A DNA stretch of 32,000 bases. Source: Prochlorococcus marinus str. NATL2A. GTDB lineage: Bacteria; Cyanobacteriota; Cyanobacteriia; PCC-6307; Cyanobiaceae. Positions 1 to 10,618 of the stretch are shown in pieces. The translations under genes and the position numbers were made by a program. The notes below the pieces were generated by a model. That model did not search any database, was not told the DNA's origin, and was given only the letters and a program-made list of their open reading frames with translations. The stretch's first letter is position 1. The number at the start of each line of letters is the position of its first letter. The stretch spans positions 750,001 through 782,000 of the forward strand of contig NC_007335.2 in assembly GCF_000012465.1 (NCBI RefSeq), in the 5' to 3' direction.

Positions 1-195
1 TTCTTTAGGTCTTGTCTTGAATCTCATTTGATGACATCCAAGTCCTACAGCACCACTAGAAACCAATATAATTTTATCGCCATTCCTTTGAGCTTTTGAT
101 ATATAAGAACAATAATCGTTAATTACATCAAAAGTTGTATATTTATCGTTTCCTCTCAAAAGGCTTGTGCCAATCTTTATTACCCAGGTTGTCAT
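1..195 (-). CDS. proB: Glutamate 5-kinase, N-terminal part (the gene runs off the left edge of the window)
   Basis: Manual translation from ATG at 195..193 gives [65 protein letters not shown]. This shows the amino-acid-kinase N-terminal pattern (V-K-x-G-T-S, then VSSGA-x-x-G) typical of ProB. It is too short to appear in the ORF track. Confidence 0.8.
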   Translation of the reverse strand, partial: MTTWVIKIGTSLLRGNDKYTTFDVINDYCSYISKAQRNGDKIILVSSGAVGLGCHQMRFKTRPKE

Positions 196-713
196 AAAAT
201 GTCTCCAGTTATAATTCTTGCTAAGTATCTTTCTAAGGATTGAAAATTATTTTTTTCAATTCTTTTTCCATAATAATCTACCGAATCTACCAATATTGTA
301 TACATTCCTAATCTATTGCCTACAAGAATATCTGTAAAAACTCTATCTCCAATTATTGCTACTTCATTTGATGAATATGGAATTTTGTCTATTATCTTCT
401 TTAACTTTTTTTTACTTGGTTTGCCACCAGAGCATGTAAATTCTAAATCTAATTCATCAGCAATTAATTTTATTCTGCTTTTAGATGGATTATTGCTGAA
501 TAAGTAAATATAAAAGTATTTTTTTGAATTATCAATCCAATTTTTTATGTCACTTGAAAGTACCGGCTTTTTCCCAGAAATTAATGTTCCATCTACATCA
601 AGTATTAGTGCTTTGACGTTTTTCGATGATAAATCATTTATCGAGATCTTTGAAATTTTATCGTTTACCTTCCAATTTGGAATAAGTAATTCTTTAATGT
701 TTATTCTGATAAT
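192..713 (-). CDS. HAD-IIIA (YqeG-type) phosphatase. The 5' end is uncertain because no canonical start codon exists in the open frame.
   Basis: I checked every in-frame triplet from 722 down to 195 by hand and the frame is open. HAD motifs are present: LILDVDGTL (DxDxT), SGGKP (conserved Lys) and [10 protein letters not shown] (acidic motif IV). The stop TGA (194..192) overlaps the proB ATG (ATGA). The ORF is absent from the track because the only ATG or TTG codons lie near the C-terminus. Confidence 0.7.
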   Translation of the reverse strand: MIRINIKELLIPNWKVNDKISKISINDLSSKNVKALILDVDGTLISGKKPVLSSDIKNWIDNSKKYFYIYLFSNNPSKSRIKLIADELDLEFTCSGGKPSKKKLKKIIDKIPYSSNEVAIIGDRVFTDILVGNRLGMYTILVDSVDYYGKRIEKNNFQSLERYLARIITGDIL

Positions 714-1237
714 CCCCTTCCCTCAAGTTCAGCTTCAATTCCTGATTGTATCTTGTCAAACTCTTCACCTTCAACAAGCTTTACTTCTCCATCTTCTAGC
801 TTTCCGACTATGAAGAAAGGGTCAAGAGGAATGTATAGACCATACTCATTACTTTCAACTCTAAAATTGACAAGTAGCTCGTAGGTTTCTGACTCGTCAT
901 CAATGTCTTCTTCCTCAATTTCTTCTGGTTCAGGCTCATCTAATTCGCCTGAGACTGTAAGTGTGATAGCTGAGCGAACAAGTCTAAGATCGTGTTCTTG
1001 AAGAACAACATCAGCTACTTCAAGTATTGGCTCATTCTTTTCAATTGTTTCTATTAGCTTGGGATCTTGATCGTCAATCAATTGAAATAGAGATACAGGA
1101 GTATCTACTGGAGTTAACAGGGCATATTCATTGCCTTCAAGAGGTACTACTTGTTCAAGAAAACACAGGAGATCTGAACCTTGAGAATCTTTAACTAAAA
1201 GAGTCGGTACTTGGTCGTTTTTATTTGTTGTTGACAT
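701..1237 (-). CDS. Conserved acidic cyanobacterial protein of unknown function (DUF3727-like is my recollection only)
   Basis: 178-aa ORF with non-repetitive sequence and an acidic central tract (EPEPEEIEEEDIDDESE). It is co-oriented and tightly packed with ruvX upstream and HAD/proB downstream. Confidence 0.6.
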   Translation of the reverse strand: MSTTNKNDQVPTLLVKDSQGSDLLCFLEQVVPLEGNEYALLTPVDTPVSLFQLIDDQDPKLIETIEKNEPILEVADVVLQEHDLRLVRSAITLTVSGELDEPEPEEIEEEDIDDESETYELLVNFRVESNEYGLYIPLDPFFIVGKLEDGEVKLVEGEEFDKIQSGIEAELEGRGLSE

Positions 1238-1301
1238 AGTTGAGTTCTTATTAATCTGTGTCTAGTTTTATTTGATTATGTTTTTACATCATATTCAAAA
1301 T

Positions 1302-2770
<1,469 letters not shown>

Positions 2771-2808
2771 TTAATTATTTTATTATATTTTTAACTTTCA
2801 TGTGACTA

Positions 2809-3957
2809 TTAACCTGTTTCATCTGATCTGATGAGTACTAGGGGTGTTTGTTGGTTAGCATTACCTGCTGGATTTGATGTTAAAGATCTTTTAATTATTT
2901 CAGCATTATCAACATTACTTGTTGATAGAATTTTAACTCTTCCTAAATCATTTACATCTACAACAGCAACATTAACGTTTAGTTTTTTTGCGGCATTAAT
3001 ACAAAAAGTTTTAGTATCTTTAGGCCCTAAAACTATACTTTTGTCATAGGGCGGCGTTGTACCAGTGATGTCATCAATCAATCTTGCTTGTTCACCTGCT
3101 AAACGATAAAACATACCCTTAACACCAAATAATTTTAATATTCCTCCAATTAACCATGAAATTATTACGCGTGTTGGACCAGAAATATTTATTAGTGTTT
3201 GCATTCCGGCAGCTGTAGCTAAACTACTAGTCGGGTGAAATCCTTTGCAAAGTATCCTTGAAATTAGATTTGATTTTACGTTCCTATAATCTATGTATCT
3301 TCCTTGCATTACGGCTAGTGGTGACTCTCCAATTGTAAGAATATCTGTAGGCAAGTAATTTGGTGGCATGTAGGATTCTAATACTCTAATAGGATCATCT
3401 AAACTGCCAAGAATATGAGTTCTTATTGGATCTACTAGATTAGTACTAGAAGAATTTGCTTTGGATATATCTAAAGAATTAGGTAATACAAAACCATCGA
3501 ATCTTTTGAAAGAACCGAATGGTCCGTAATTAACCCATTCTATATCTAGCCACAAACATTTAATCTTATCTATAGCTGTACTTTTAATTTCATATTCAAT
3601 TTCAATTTCGACAAATATCGATTTTTTCCCTTTTAAAATATATGCAGTCCAATAGTCATTATTTTGATGTTCTTCTTCATCTGTGTGAAGTGGTTTGATT
3701 TTTGTCTGAATATTTATTATCTCATTTTTATCTATACCAATTAGCTGAGGATGAACATTAAAAGAAGGAATCATAACTTCCATTCTTTTCTTTGAATTTT
3801 TAATTTCAACACGAGTAATATATTTGTGCTTAGAATTGAATATGATTTTTTTAAATTCTTTGGGTTTCAGAACTAATGGCGAATATTGTCTGAAACAATG
3901 ATTTATTTCAATTAAAAAAAATATGGTTATTATGAAAAAAAGAGAATTTAATAACAT
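2809..3957 (-). CDS. Membrane-anchored protein whose C-terminal half resembles the CofE / F420-0:gamma-glutamyl ligase fold (tentative)
   Basis: 382 aa. There is an N-terminal hydrophobic helix (LLNSLFFIITIFFLIEI), then about 200 aa of unassigned sequence. The C-terminal region contains DILTIGESPLAVMQGRYI ... LIDDITGTTPPYDKSIVLGP ... VAVVDVNDLG, which recalls CofE-family ligases. The family call is from memory and not verified. Confidence 0.5.
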   Translation of the reverse strand: MLLNSLFFIITIFFLIEINHCFRQYSPLVLKPKEFKKIIFNSKHKYITRVEIKNSKKRMEVMIPSFNVHPQLIGIDKNEIINIQTKIKPLHTDEEEHQNNDYWTAYILKGKKSIFVEIEIEYEIKSTAIDKIKCLWLDIEWVNYGPFGSFKRFDGFVLPNSLDISKANSSSTNLVDPIRTHILGSLDDPIRVLESYMPPNYLPTDILTIGESPLAVMQGRYIDYRNVKSNLISRILCKGFHPTSSLATAAGMQTLINISGPTRVIISWLIGGILKLFGVKGMFYRLAGEQARLIDDITGTTPPYDKSIVLGPKDTKTFCINAAKKLNVNVAVVDVNDLGRVKILSTSNVDNAEIIKRSLTSNPAGNANQQTPLVLIRSDETG

Positions 3958-4014
3958 TTTTAATGAGAATATTTGATAATTTATTAAAAAATTGTTAGTA
4001 CTTTTATTACATTT

Positions 4015-4572
4015 TTAGGTGCCTCTAGGTTTATTATAACCTTCTTTAGAGGGCTCACTATTGTATTCGTTAAAGCTTTTTACTTCTAGATCAAAATCAG
4101 GTTTCTTTAGACCTGTAGCTTTAGTTATTGCATCATTAAGTTTATCGAAAGATACCTGACCTTCTTCGTCTAGGAGAACATTGCCTTTTCCGTCAAGTAT
4201 CACTGTCTGAGGTATCTTCCCATGCCAGTAATAGCCAGGGTCCGTAAAAGTTTTCTGGTCATCATTGTCTAATTCATCGATTGATAGAGGAATTAAATCA
4301 ACAGATGAGCTCCACAATAACTTAATGCCTGAAACTACAGGGGCAAATTGTTTACTAGTACTACTATCGTCTAGATAGAAAACTAAAACACTTGTTCTTT
4401 CGTTCTTTAACGATTCTGATAATGTGCTTTGCGGTGGAACTAATGATCCGTTACCAGCATATATTGGGTAAATATTTCCATCATAGCTATCAGTATCCCT
4501 AGCAGAATAAACTGGATTAACAAATAGAAGAAAAAGTATAAGCAGTGAGGAAAATATTCTTAACAAAATCAA
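4015..4572 (-). CDS. Exported or lumenal thioredoxin-fold-like protein lacking a CxxC motif
   Basis: 185 aa. It has an N-terminal signal-like segment (ILLRIFSSLLILFLLFVNPVYSA). The mature part has a thioredoxin-like beta-alpha pattern (VLVFYLDDSSTSKQFAPV...) but no cysteines. Confidence 0.55.
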   Translation of the reverse strand: MILLRIFSSLLILFLLFVNPVYSARDTDSYDGNIYPIYAGNGSLVPPQSTLSESLKNERTSVLVFYLDDSSTSKQFAPVVSGIKLLWSSSVDLIPLSIDELDNDDQKTFTDPGYYWHGKIPQTVILDGKGNVLLDEEGQVSFDKLNDAITKATGLKKPDFDLEVKSFNEYNSEPSKEGYNKPRGT

Positions 4573-4638
4573 TGTATGTACTATTTTCTAAATTCTAAAG
4601 TCTTAAAGCAAATATAGCTATAGTTATTAATAATTCAA

Positions 4639-6264
4639 TTATCCTTTGGATAAGTTTCTTCCCATACCTTGAGCGATACCTCTACCAATTAATCCTATAG
4701 ATCTTCCCACAACTTTAGTGAGGATTAGAACTATTAAATCACCTAAGTATTGAATTATTGCCTGTACTTGTGGTGCCAAGGCATCTCTTAATTCTATTAT
4801 AAATGCTATTTGTCTTTGGGCCCAGTCTAGTTTCTTTAATTCATCATCTCTAGGTTCAAGAGTGATAATTTTTTCAATTTTATTGTTTTTGACTGTATAA
4901 TATAATCTTTTACTTTCATATAATCTAACCGGCTTTTTAAATAGATTTTGAAGTTGATTATTTGTATTTATATGATTTCGTTTGCGTTCAAGTTCCCTTG
5001 TTGAAACTAATTCTTTATTTAGAAAGTATTTACGTAATTCTGGCCATTCAGAACATGAAGATATAATCTCTTCACTAACTATTTCAGCTGTCCTGAATAT
5101 CCAATTTAGAATAAATGTTTCTAATTGAATAATAGATCTAGGGTCTTCTATTGATAAATAGTCTCCATCCAGAAGAAGCGGCTTATTATTTAGTATTGGA
5201 TCTATTATTAATGCTATTGATGGTAGTTCATCATCAAGTATTCCAAGATCTGCATTATGTACTAGAAAGTCTGAAATAAAAACGTCAACACCATTCTTTT
5301 TTAAACGATCATATGAATCTATGAAATTGCGCAATGTATTAGCTCGTAATTCAGGAGTAATTGATTGTAAAATCTCCTCTAATCCTTTTTCTCGATTATC
5401 TTTAGAATCAAGTTTGATTATAATAGTTGAAAATTCTTTCAGAAGAGTTTTTAAAAGATTATATCGTTTGCTTTTATTTAATGAATAAAGAGCTGCTAGC
5501 TCGCCCGTAGAATTTGTCAGGTCATCTTGAAGTCTCTCCTTTACCCGTTTATAAATAACATTCCATAATTCATTAGTTGAGGTATTTTTTATTGTTATGT
5601 CAGTATTGTATTTGTTGATTATATTTTTATTGTTATTACTTTTAATGGGAGACTCTATTAATACCTCTAGCGGCCCCCATAACCAGAGAATTAATCTCTT
5701 CGCTGTTAATAGTTCTCTTCTTCTACCTATTAATATGAAAAGATAAAATGTATTTATTGATTTCTTGGCTATTATTTGATCTATAGTGTATAGATCTTTA
5801 TTTATTTGTGATAAACCACTTGTTAATAACCAATGTCCTAGGCCATATGAATTATGAATGGAGTCAGCATTGTAATTTGTTTCATTATTAATTTTAAATA
5901 CTCTGCCGCCGCCAATCAAAATATTGATTGTATCTCTTAAAAGTTCAACAGTAGGATCTTGAATAACTCCTTCACTACCAAAAGTCATCAAATCATCAGA
6001 GGATAATTTAATACTTTTTGGTAATACAATTAGGACAGGAGATTGCTCCCATCTTTCTTTTAACTTATGAATTTCTAGTTTGATTGAGTTTGAGAGTTCT
6101 ACTTCTTCAAGGCAAAATAGAATAAGTTTAGGCAACCCATTTATATCTTTTTTGTCTAGGAGTATTTCTAAATTATCATCTTGAGATGTTAGCTGTAATG
6201 CTAATGACTCGCCTAACAGTGAAGGCGCTATCATTAAAATTTGTTTTGCTCTTTCTTCTATCAA
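4639..6264 (-). CDS. Ycf55-like protein (DUF3685-type) with a degenerate N-terminal receiver-like domain
   Basis: 541 aa. The N-terminal roughly 120 aa have receiver-like beta-alpha periodicity (ILMIAPSLLG..., LILFCLEE..., VLIVLPKS) but lack the acidic pocket and the phospho-acceptor Asp. The C-terminus is a hydrophobic or glycine-rich tail. The family name is from recollection. Confidence 0.6.
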   Translation of the reverse strand: MIEERAKQILMIAPSLLGESLALQLTSQDDNLEILLDKKDINGLPKLILFCLEEVELSNSIKLEIHKLKERWEQSPVLIVLPKSIKLSSDDLMTFGSEGVIQDPTVELLRDTINILIGGGRVFKINNETNYNADSIHNSYGLGHWLLTSGLSQINKDLYTIDQIIAKKSINTFYLFILIGRRRELLTAKRLILWLWGPLEVLIESPIKSNNNKNIINKYNTDITIKNTSTNELWNVIYKRVKERLQDDLTNSTGELAALYSLNKSKRYNLLKTLLKEFSTIIIKLDSKDNREKGLEEILQSITPELRANTLRNFIDSYDRLKKNGVDVFISDFLVHNADLGILDDELPSIALIIDPILNNKPLLLDGDYLSIEDPRSIIQLETFILNWIFRTAEIVSEEIISSCSEWPELRKYFLNKELVSTRELERKRNHINTNNQLQNLFKKPVRLYESKRLYYTVKNNKIEKIITLEPRDDELKKLDWAQRQIAFIIELRDALAPQVQAIIQYLGDLIVLILTKVVGRSIGLIGRGIAQGMGRNLSKG

Positions 6265-6361
6265 TTTTAAATCTAGAACCTATCCTTTTTAAGATAACTT
6301 GATTTAAAAATACTTCCAGCCCTATTTCAAAAATCCAAAGGATTGAACATTTTTTTAAATG

Positions 6362-7135
6362 TTAGACAAGAAATTTATCTTTCTCATTGAAAGCATCTTG
6401 CAGAAGAAGATTTTTTAGAGTTAAAATCGCTTCCTTTAAATCTATTGAGCCGTCATATAGTGCTCTGCCTACGATTATTCCTTCAATACCTTCATCCGCG
6501 AAATCTGCTAGTGAAATTAAATCAGCTATTGAACCTATCCCCCCTGAGGCAATTACTGGATTAATACTTATCTCAGCTATTTCTCTTAAGGCTTGAACAT
6601 TAGGTCCTTTTAGAGTGCCATCGGTAGCAATGTCAGTTGATATGATTGCCGCTAAGTCAAGATCGTTAAGTTGTTTTGCTAAGTCTAGAGAAGATATTTC
6701 GCTTTGTTTTAACCAACCTCGAGTGGCTACCATTCCCTCTTTGGCATCAATTCCTACTGCAATTCTTTTTGGATATTCTTTAGATAGGTCTTTAACTAAT
6801 TCGGGCTTCTCTATTGCAATTGTTCCTAAAATAATTCTGTCTATTCCAATGTCGAATAATTCTTTCGCACGATCAATACTCCTAATTCCACCGCCAAGTT
6901 GAATAGGTATTGTAATAGATTTTTTTATCTCTTTTATAGTTAGATCATTTATGGGCTCACCTGTCTTGGCACCATCAAGATCTACAAGATGTAGTCGTTT
7001 TGCTCCCTTGCTTTCCCAAATTTCCGCTTGTTTTACAGGATCACTATTGAACTTAGTAACTTCATTATAATTTCCCTGATTTAGTCGAACACATTTACCA
7101 TTCAGTAGATCTATTGCAGGTATGATTTCCATCAA
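6362..7135 (-). CDS. hisA: 1-(5-phosphoribosyl)-5-[(5-phosphoribosylamino)methylideneamino]imidazole-4-carboxamide isomerase
   Basis: 257 aa. Motifs are IIPAIDLLNGKCVRL, HLVDLDGA, QLGGGIRS and ASGGIG, with TIM-barrel HisA length. The start may be the second Met (7132). Confidence 0.95.
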   Translation of the reverse strand: MMEIIPAIDLLNGKCVRLNQGNYNEVTKFNSDPVKQAEIWESKGAKRLHLVDLDGAKTGEPINDLTIKEIKKSITIPIQLGGGIRSIDRAKELFDIGIDRIILGTIAIEKPELVKDLSKEYPKRIAVGIDAKEGMVATRGWLKQSEISSLDLAKQLNDLDLAAIISTDIATDGTLKGPNVQALREIAEISINPVIASGGIGSIADLISLADFADEGIEGIIVGRALYDGSIDLKEAILTLKNLLLQDAFNEKDKFLV

Positions 7136-7219
7136 GAAAAAAATTATTACTATTCATCTAACATCATTTATGTAGCTCTGGGAGATTATCTATAGGCTTT
7201 AATATAAATTTTTTAATAA

Positions 7220-8143
7220 ATGATCTTGAAAGTTCTTTTTTACGGTGGAACAAGGTTTGTAGGAAAATCCCTTGTCTCGAACTTGTTATCAAAAGGACAT
7301 GAGATATTTGTTTTTACACGTGGAAATTTACCAGTACCAGAAAATATAACTCACCTAAAGGGAGACAGGTCAAATGATGAGGATCTAAAAAAACTATCTG
7401 ATCATTCATTTGATCTGATTGTTGATAGCTCTGGACGAAAGTTGGAGGATACTCAAAGACTTCTTAAATTTTCAGGTCTTCCTAGTTACAGATTTATCTA
7501 CATAAGTTCTGCAGGCGTATATGACAACACACAATTATTTCCTGTTGGTGAAGATAGTCCAATAGATCTTGCAAGCCGTCATATAGGTAAAGCAAAAACA
7601 GAGTCTTGGCTCAAGGCTGAAGGTATTCCTTTTACGAGTTTTCGCCCGACATATATTTATGGCCCAGGCAACTACAACCCTATTGAAAAATGGTTTTTTG
7701 ATCGTATAACTAATGGTCGATCTATTCCTGTTCCTCTTGATGGTCAAGCGATCACGCAATTAGGACATGTTTCTGATTTGGCCGAGGCTATTGCGAAATC
7801 TCTTGAAACAGATAAAGCGAATAATCAAATTTATAACTGTTCAGGAAGAAAAGCAGTAACTTTTAAAGGTTTAATTGAAACGGCAATTTTAGCTACTGGA
7901 AACAAAGTCACTGATTTTGATTTGCGTTCTTTCGATCCATCAAAACTTGATCCTAAAGCAAGAAAACTTTTCCCTCTACGGTTAATTAATTTCTTTACTG
8001 ATACTTCTAAAATTGAAAAAGATTTATCTTGGGAGCCCAAATTCGATTTGTTAAATGGTTTAATTGATAGCTATAAGAATGATTATCTATTAGCTAATCA
8101 CGAACAAGTTGATTTTAGTTCTGATGAGCTTCTTTTTGATTGA
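7220..8143 (+). CDS. NAD-dependent epimerase/dehydratase family protein (CSP41-like atypical SDR)
   Basis: 307 aa with an N-terminal Rossmann motif GGTRFVG and SDR-like length. This is a family-level call only. Confidence 0.8.
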   Translation: MILKVLFYGGTRFVGKSLVSNLLSKGHEIFVFTRGNLPVPENITHLKGDRSNDEDLKKLSDHSFDLIVDSSGRKLEDTQRLLKFSGLPSYRFIYISSAGVYDNTQLFPVGEDSPIDLASRHIGKAKTESWLKAEGIPFTSFRPTYIYGPGNYNPIEKWFFDRITNGRSIPVPLDGQAITQLGHVSDLAEAIAKSLETDKANNQIYNCSGRKAVTFKGLIETAILATGNKVTDFDLRSFDPSKLDPKARKLFPLRLINFFTDTSKIEKDLSWEPKFDLLNGLIDSYKNDYLLANHEQVDFSSDELLFD

Positions 8144-8687
8144 ATATATAATTGATAGCAGAACTTAAAGTAAGAAACAATGCTATCCAGAATGAGAAAT
8201 AGCCTATTTTATTAATAATATTGATTGTATAAATTGTACCCCACTTTTTTGGCCATAATAATAGAATTATACTTGCAAACTGAAATGTAGTTTTATATTT
8301 AGCCTGAATTGACGCTGGACCACCTGAGGTTTTACCTGATCGCCAACAAGTTATTAACAGTTCTCTCGATATTATTAACCATATAGCCCATAGCGGCACT
8401 AGATTCTCATGAACCAACCAAATCATTGGACCAATAAGAAGGATTTTGTCTGCTAGAGGATCAAGCTTAGCGCCAAAAGCAGATTTATGATCATATTTAC
8501 GTGCAAAATATCCGTCTAGATAATCAGTAAGACCAGCTATCAGGATTAGAAAAATAAAAACTTCATTGTTATAATTTTTCAGTGTAATAATTATTGGCAA
8601 TCCAAGTAATATCCTTGAAATTGTAAGTCCATTTATAATCCTCGGCCAAGTCATAAATCTTTTTGCGTTCATAATTCTTTTGTTCAT
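8115..8687 (-). CDS. pgsA: CDP-diacylglycerol--glycerol-3-phosphate 3-phosphatidyltransferase (CDP-alcohol phosphatidyltransferase family)
   Basis: 190 aa, multi-TM. It carries the CDP-alcohol transferase signature DYLDGYFARKYDHKSAFGAKLDPLADK (D-x2-DG-x2-AR-x8-G-x3-D-x3-D). Its 3' end overlaps the convergent epimerase gene by 29 nt. Confidence 0.85.
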   Translation of the reverse strand: MNKRIMNAKRFMTWPRIINGLTISRILLGLPIIITLKNYNNEVFIFLILIAGLTDYLDGYFARKYDHKSAFGAKLDPLADKILLIGPMIWLVHENLVPLWAIWLIISRELLITCWRSGKTSGGPASIQAKYKTTFQFASIILLLWPKKWGTIYTINIINKIGYFSFWIALFLTLSSAINYIFNQKEAHQN

Positions 8688-8785
8688 TTCATCTAAAATC
8701 TTATGTAGTTAAATTGTTTAAAAATACTAAAGCATAGCCTATAAGGAACCTATTATATTATAATCAGACTTAATAGAGAAAAATC

Positions 8786-8866
8786 ATGACCACGTTTCTT
8801 ATATTCATGTTTTTCTTATCATTAGGCGTAATGGCATTTATTGTTAAGAAATTAGAGCAAGAATAA
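8786..8866 (+). CDS. Candidate 26-aa single-TM micro-protein (MTTFLIFMFFLSLGVMAFIVKKLEQE)
   Basis: Manual ORF with a hydrophobic helix followed by a charged tail, as in small thylakoid peptides. I recognised no homology, and such ORFs arise easily by chance in AT-rich DNA. Confidence 0.2.
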   Translation: MTTFLIFMFFLSLGVMAFIVKKLEQE

Positions 8867-9494
8867 CCTAAAAGTTTTAATTACTAATAACATTAATTTG
8901 ATCGAACATTCTTTTTATAATTTGCTTCAGGAGTAGACGTTTATAATTCATTAAATTAGTTGTATAGAGATCATAACTTATTATTCTTAATAAGCGCTTT
9001 TGGTGACCTTTTAAAAGTTTCAAACAAACTCCTTTTAAATGATAAACCAGTAATTTTGAATAGGAGTTATACATAATAACTTTAAGTTGATACATATAAT
9101 CAACTGATTCATGTCCTCAAATAAGTTTAAATGGTTAAGAGATTATGCTTCTTGATTATATTTATATTAAATATTAATATTTTTTTTGACTAATGATAGA
9201 TATTTTATTTATTTTAGTAATAAAATGTCTATTTGTACTTTCTCTAAATTATTTATTATAAACAGTTTATTGGTGTTTATTCTGAGCTATTAAATCTATC
9301 TAATAATGGTAATATGTTCTATTTTGTTGATTAATTAATTTTTCTAATCCCTTTGTACTATATGAATAATATATCAAAGAATATATATTTATCAATAAAT
9401 ATTATATATATGTTTTAACTAGATGTTTATTTTTGCTCATATTTATAGATTTATAATTCATTTTTATTAAGGTTATTAATAGAAAATATCATTT

Positions 9495-10382
9495 ATGGAT
9501 AACCTTTTATCTATTAAATCTCTTTGTGATGAAGATATTGATTTTGTTACTGAAATATCTCGAAAAGAAGGATTTGCGCCTGGAGTTGGTGATTTAAGAA
9601 TTTATCAAAATACTGATAAACAGGGACTTTGGGTTGGTTGGTTGGATAACAATCCTATTGGTTGTATTGCAGGTGTTCGATATAATCAATATTACGGATT
9701 TCTTGGATTGTTTTTAGTAATTGAGGAGTATAGAGGTAGAGGTTTTGGCCTTCAGCTTTGGAAAAAGGCTTTAAGTCATTTAAGTGATTTGCCCTGTGTT
9801 GGTTTAGAGGCTGCGCCAGAGAGAATTACTGATTACTCAAAATGGGGCTTCACGATATCTTCGAAAACTACAAGATGGCAATTGTTGGGTGATGGGAAAT
9901 TAGTTGAGGAATACTCTAAGAATGATGATTTTGATGATTTCAGCTTTGTTGAAGGCTCATCAATACCTCAAGATGCCGTAAAAAAATTTGACGAAAAAAG
10001 AGAAACAACTCCTAGACCTCATTTTTTATCGAATTGGCTCAATCATCCAGCTGGAAAGGTAATAGCAGTTATTGATAAGAAAAATTGCTGTCATGGTTTT
10101 GGTCGGATAAGACCATGTCTTTTGCAAAACGGAGATGGATGGAGAATTGGTCCTTTAATGGCTGATACTCCTATGCTTTTGCAAATTTTATTAAAGAAAT
10201 TAATTGAAAGCCATCCTGGGTTGATAATTATCGACGCTCCTGGCCTAAACAAGTCAGCTTCTGAAGTCTTCAGAAAATTAGGTTTCAAATCAGAATCTGA
10301 AACTTTCAGGATGTATAGAGGTTCTCAACCTCCTGTTTCTATGAATGATGTATATGGTTTGGCTTGCTTGGAGTTAGGGTAA
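9495..10382 (+). CDS. GNAT-family N-acetyltransferase with a C-terminal YitH-like extension
   Basis: 295 aa. The acetyl-CoA binding motif is EEYRGRGFGLQLWKKAL (R-x-x-G-x-G). Confidence 0.8.
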   Translation: MDNLLSIKSLCDEDIDFVTEISRKEGFAPGVGDLRIYQNTDKQGLWVGWLDNNPIGCIAGVRYNQYYGFLGLFLVIEEYRGRGFGLQLWKKALSHLSDLPCVGLEAAPERITDYSKWGFTISSKTTRWQLLGDGKLVEEYSKNDDFDDFSFVEGSSIPQDAVKKFDEKRETTPRPHFLSNWLNHPAGKVIAVIDKKNCCHGFGRIRPCLLQNGDGWRIGPLMADTPMLLQILLKKLIESHPGLIIIDAPGLNKSASEVFRKLGFKSESETFRMYRGSQPPVSMNDVYGLACLELG

Positions 10383-10393
10383 TATTTTATTTT

Positions 10394-10597
10394 TTACCCA
10401 TTAAAATTCAATTTTCCTCTGTGAATTTGTTTTTCTTCATTCAATTGAGTTTCTAATTGGTCAATAAGTGTCGTAACTAATGATTGGAATTCTGGTTGGC
10501 ATCCTTTGAATGCAGCTTTATGTCTTATTGATTCGTTCCGTGTTCTTAGATCAGTAAGCATTAGCTGCAACGCGTCAATTTTAGCGTTGGTGTTCAT
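10394..10597 (-). CDS. Small hypothetical protein, 67 aa, predicted helical
   Basis: ORF lying 21 nt downstream of the co-oriented SDR gene. Its composition is protein-like. No motif recognised. Confidence 0.45.
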   Translation of the reverse strand: MNTNAKIDALQLMLTDLRTRNESIRHKAAFKGCQPEFQSLVTTLIDQLETQLNEEKQIHRGKLNFNG

Positions 10598-10618
10598 AGT
10601 GAATTTTGGTTTTTATAG

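Noticed and set aside
316-813. Track ORFs 316..507(+) and 547..813(+)
   Set aside because: They lie antisense to the HAD phosphatase frame, which carries clear catalytic motifs. Their hydrophobic, low-complexity translations are typical of shadow ORFs.
8877-9095. 72-aa minus-strand ORF in the AT-rich gap
   Set aside because: Its Lys/Leu/Tyr/Ile-dominated sequence is what random AT-rich DNA encodes. It has no motif and no coupling to neighbours. I kept it only as a remark in the finding on the gap.
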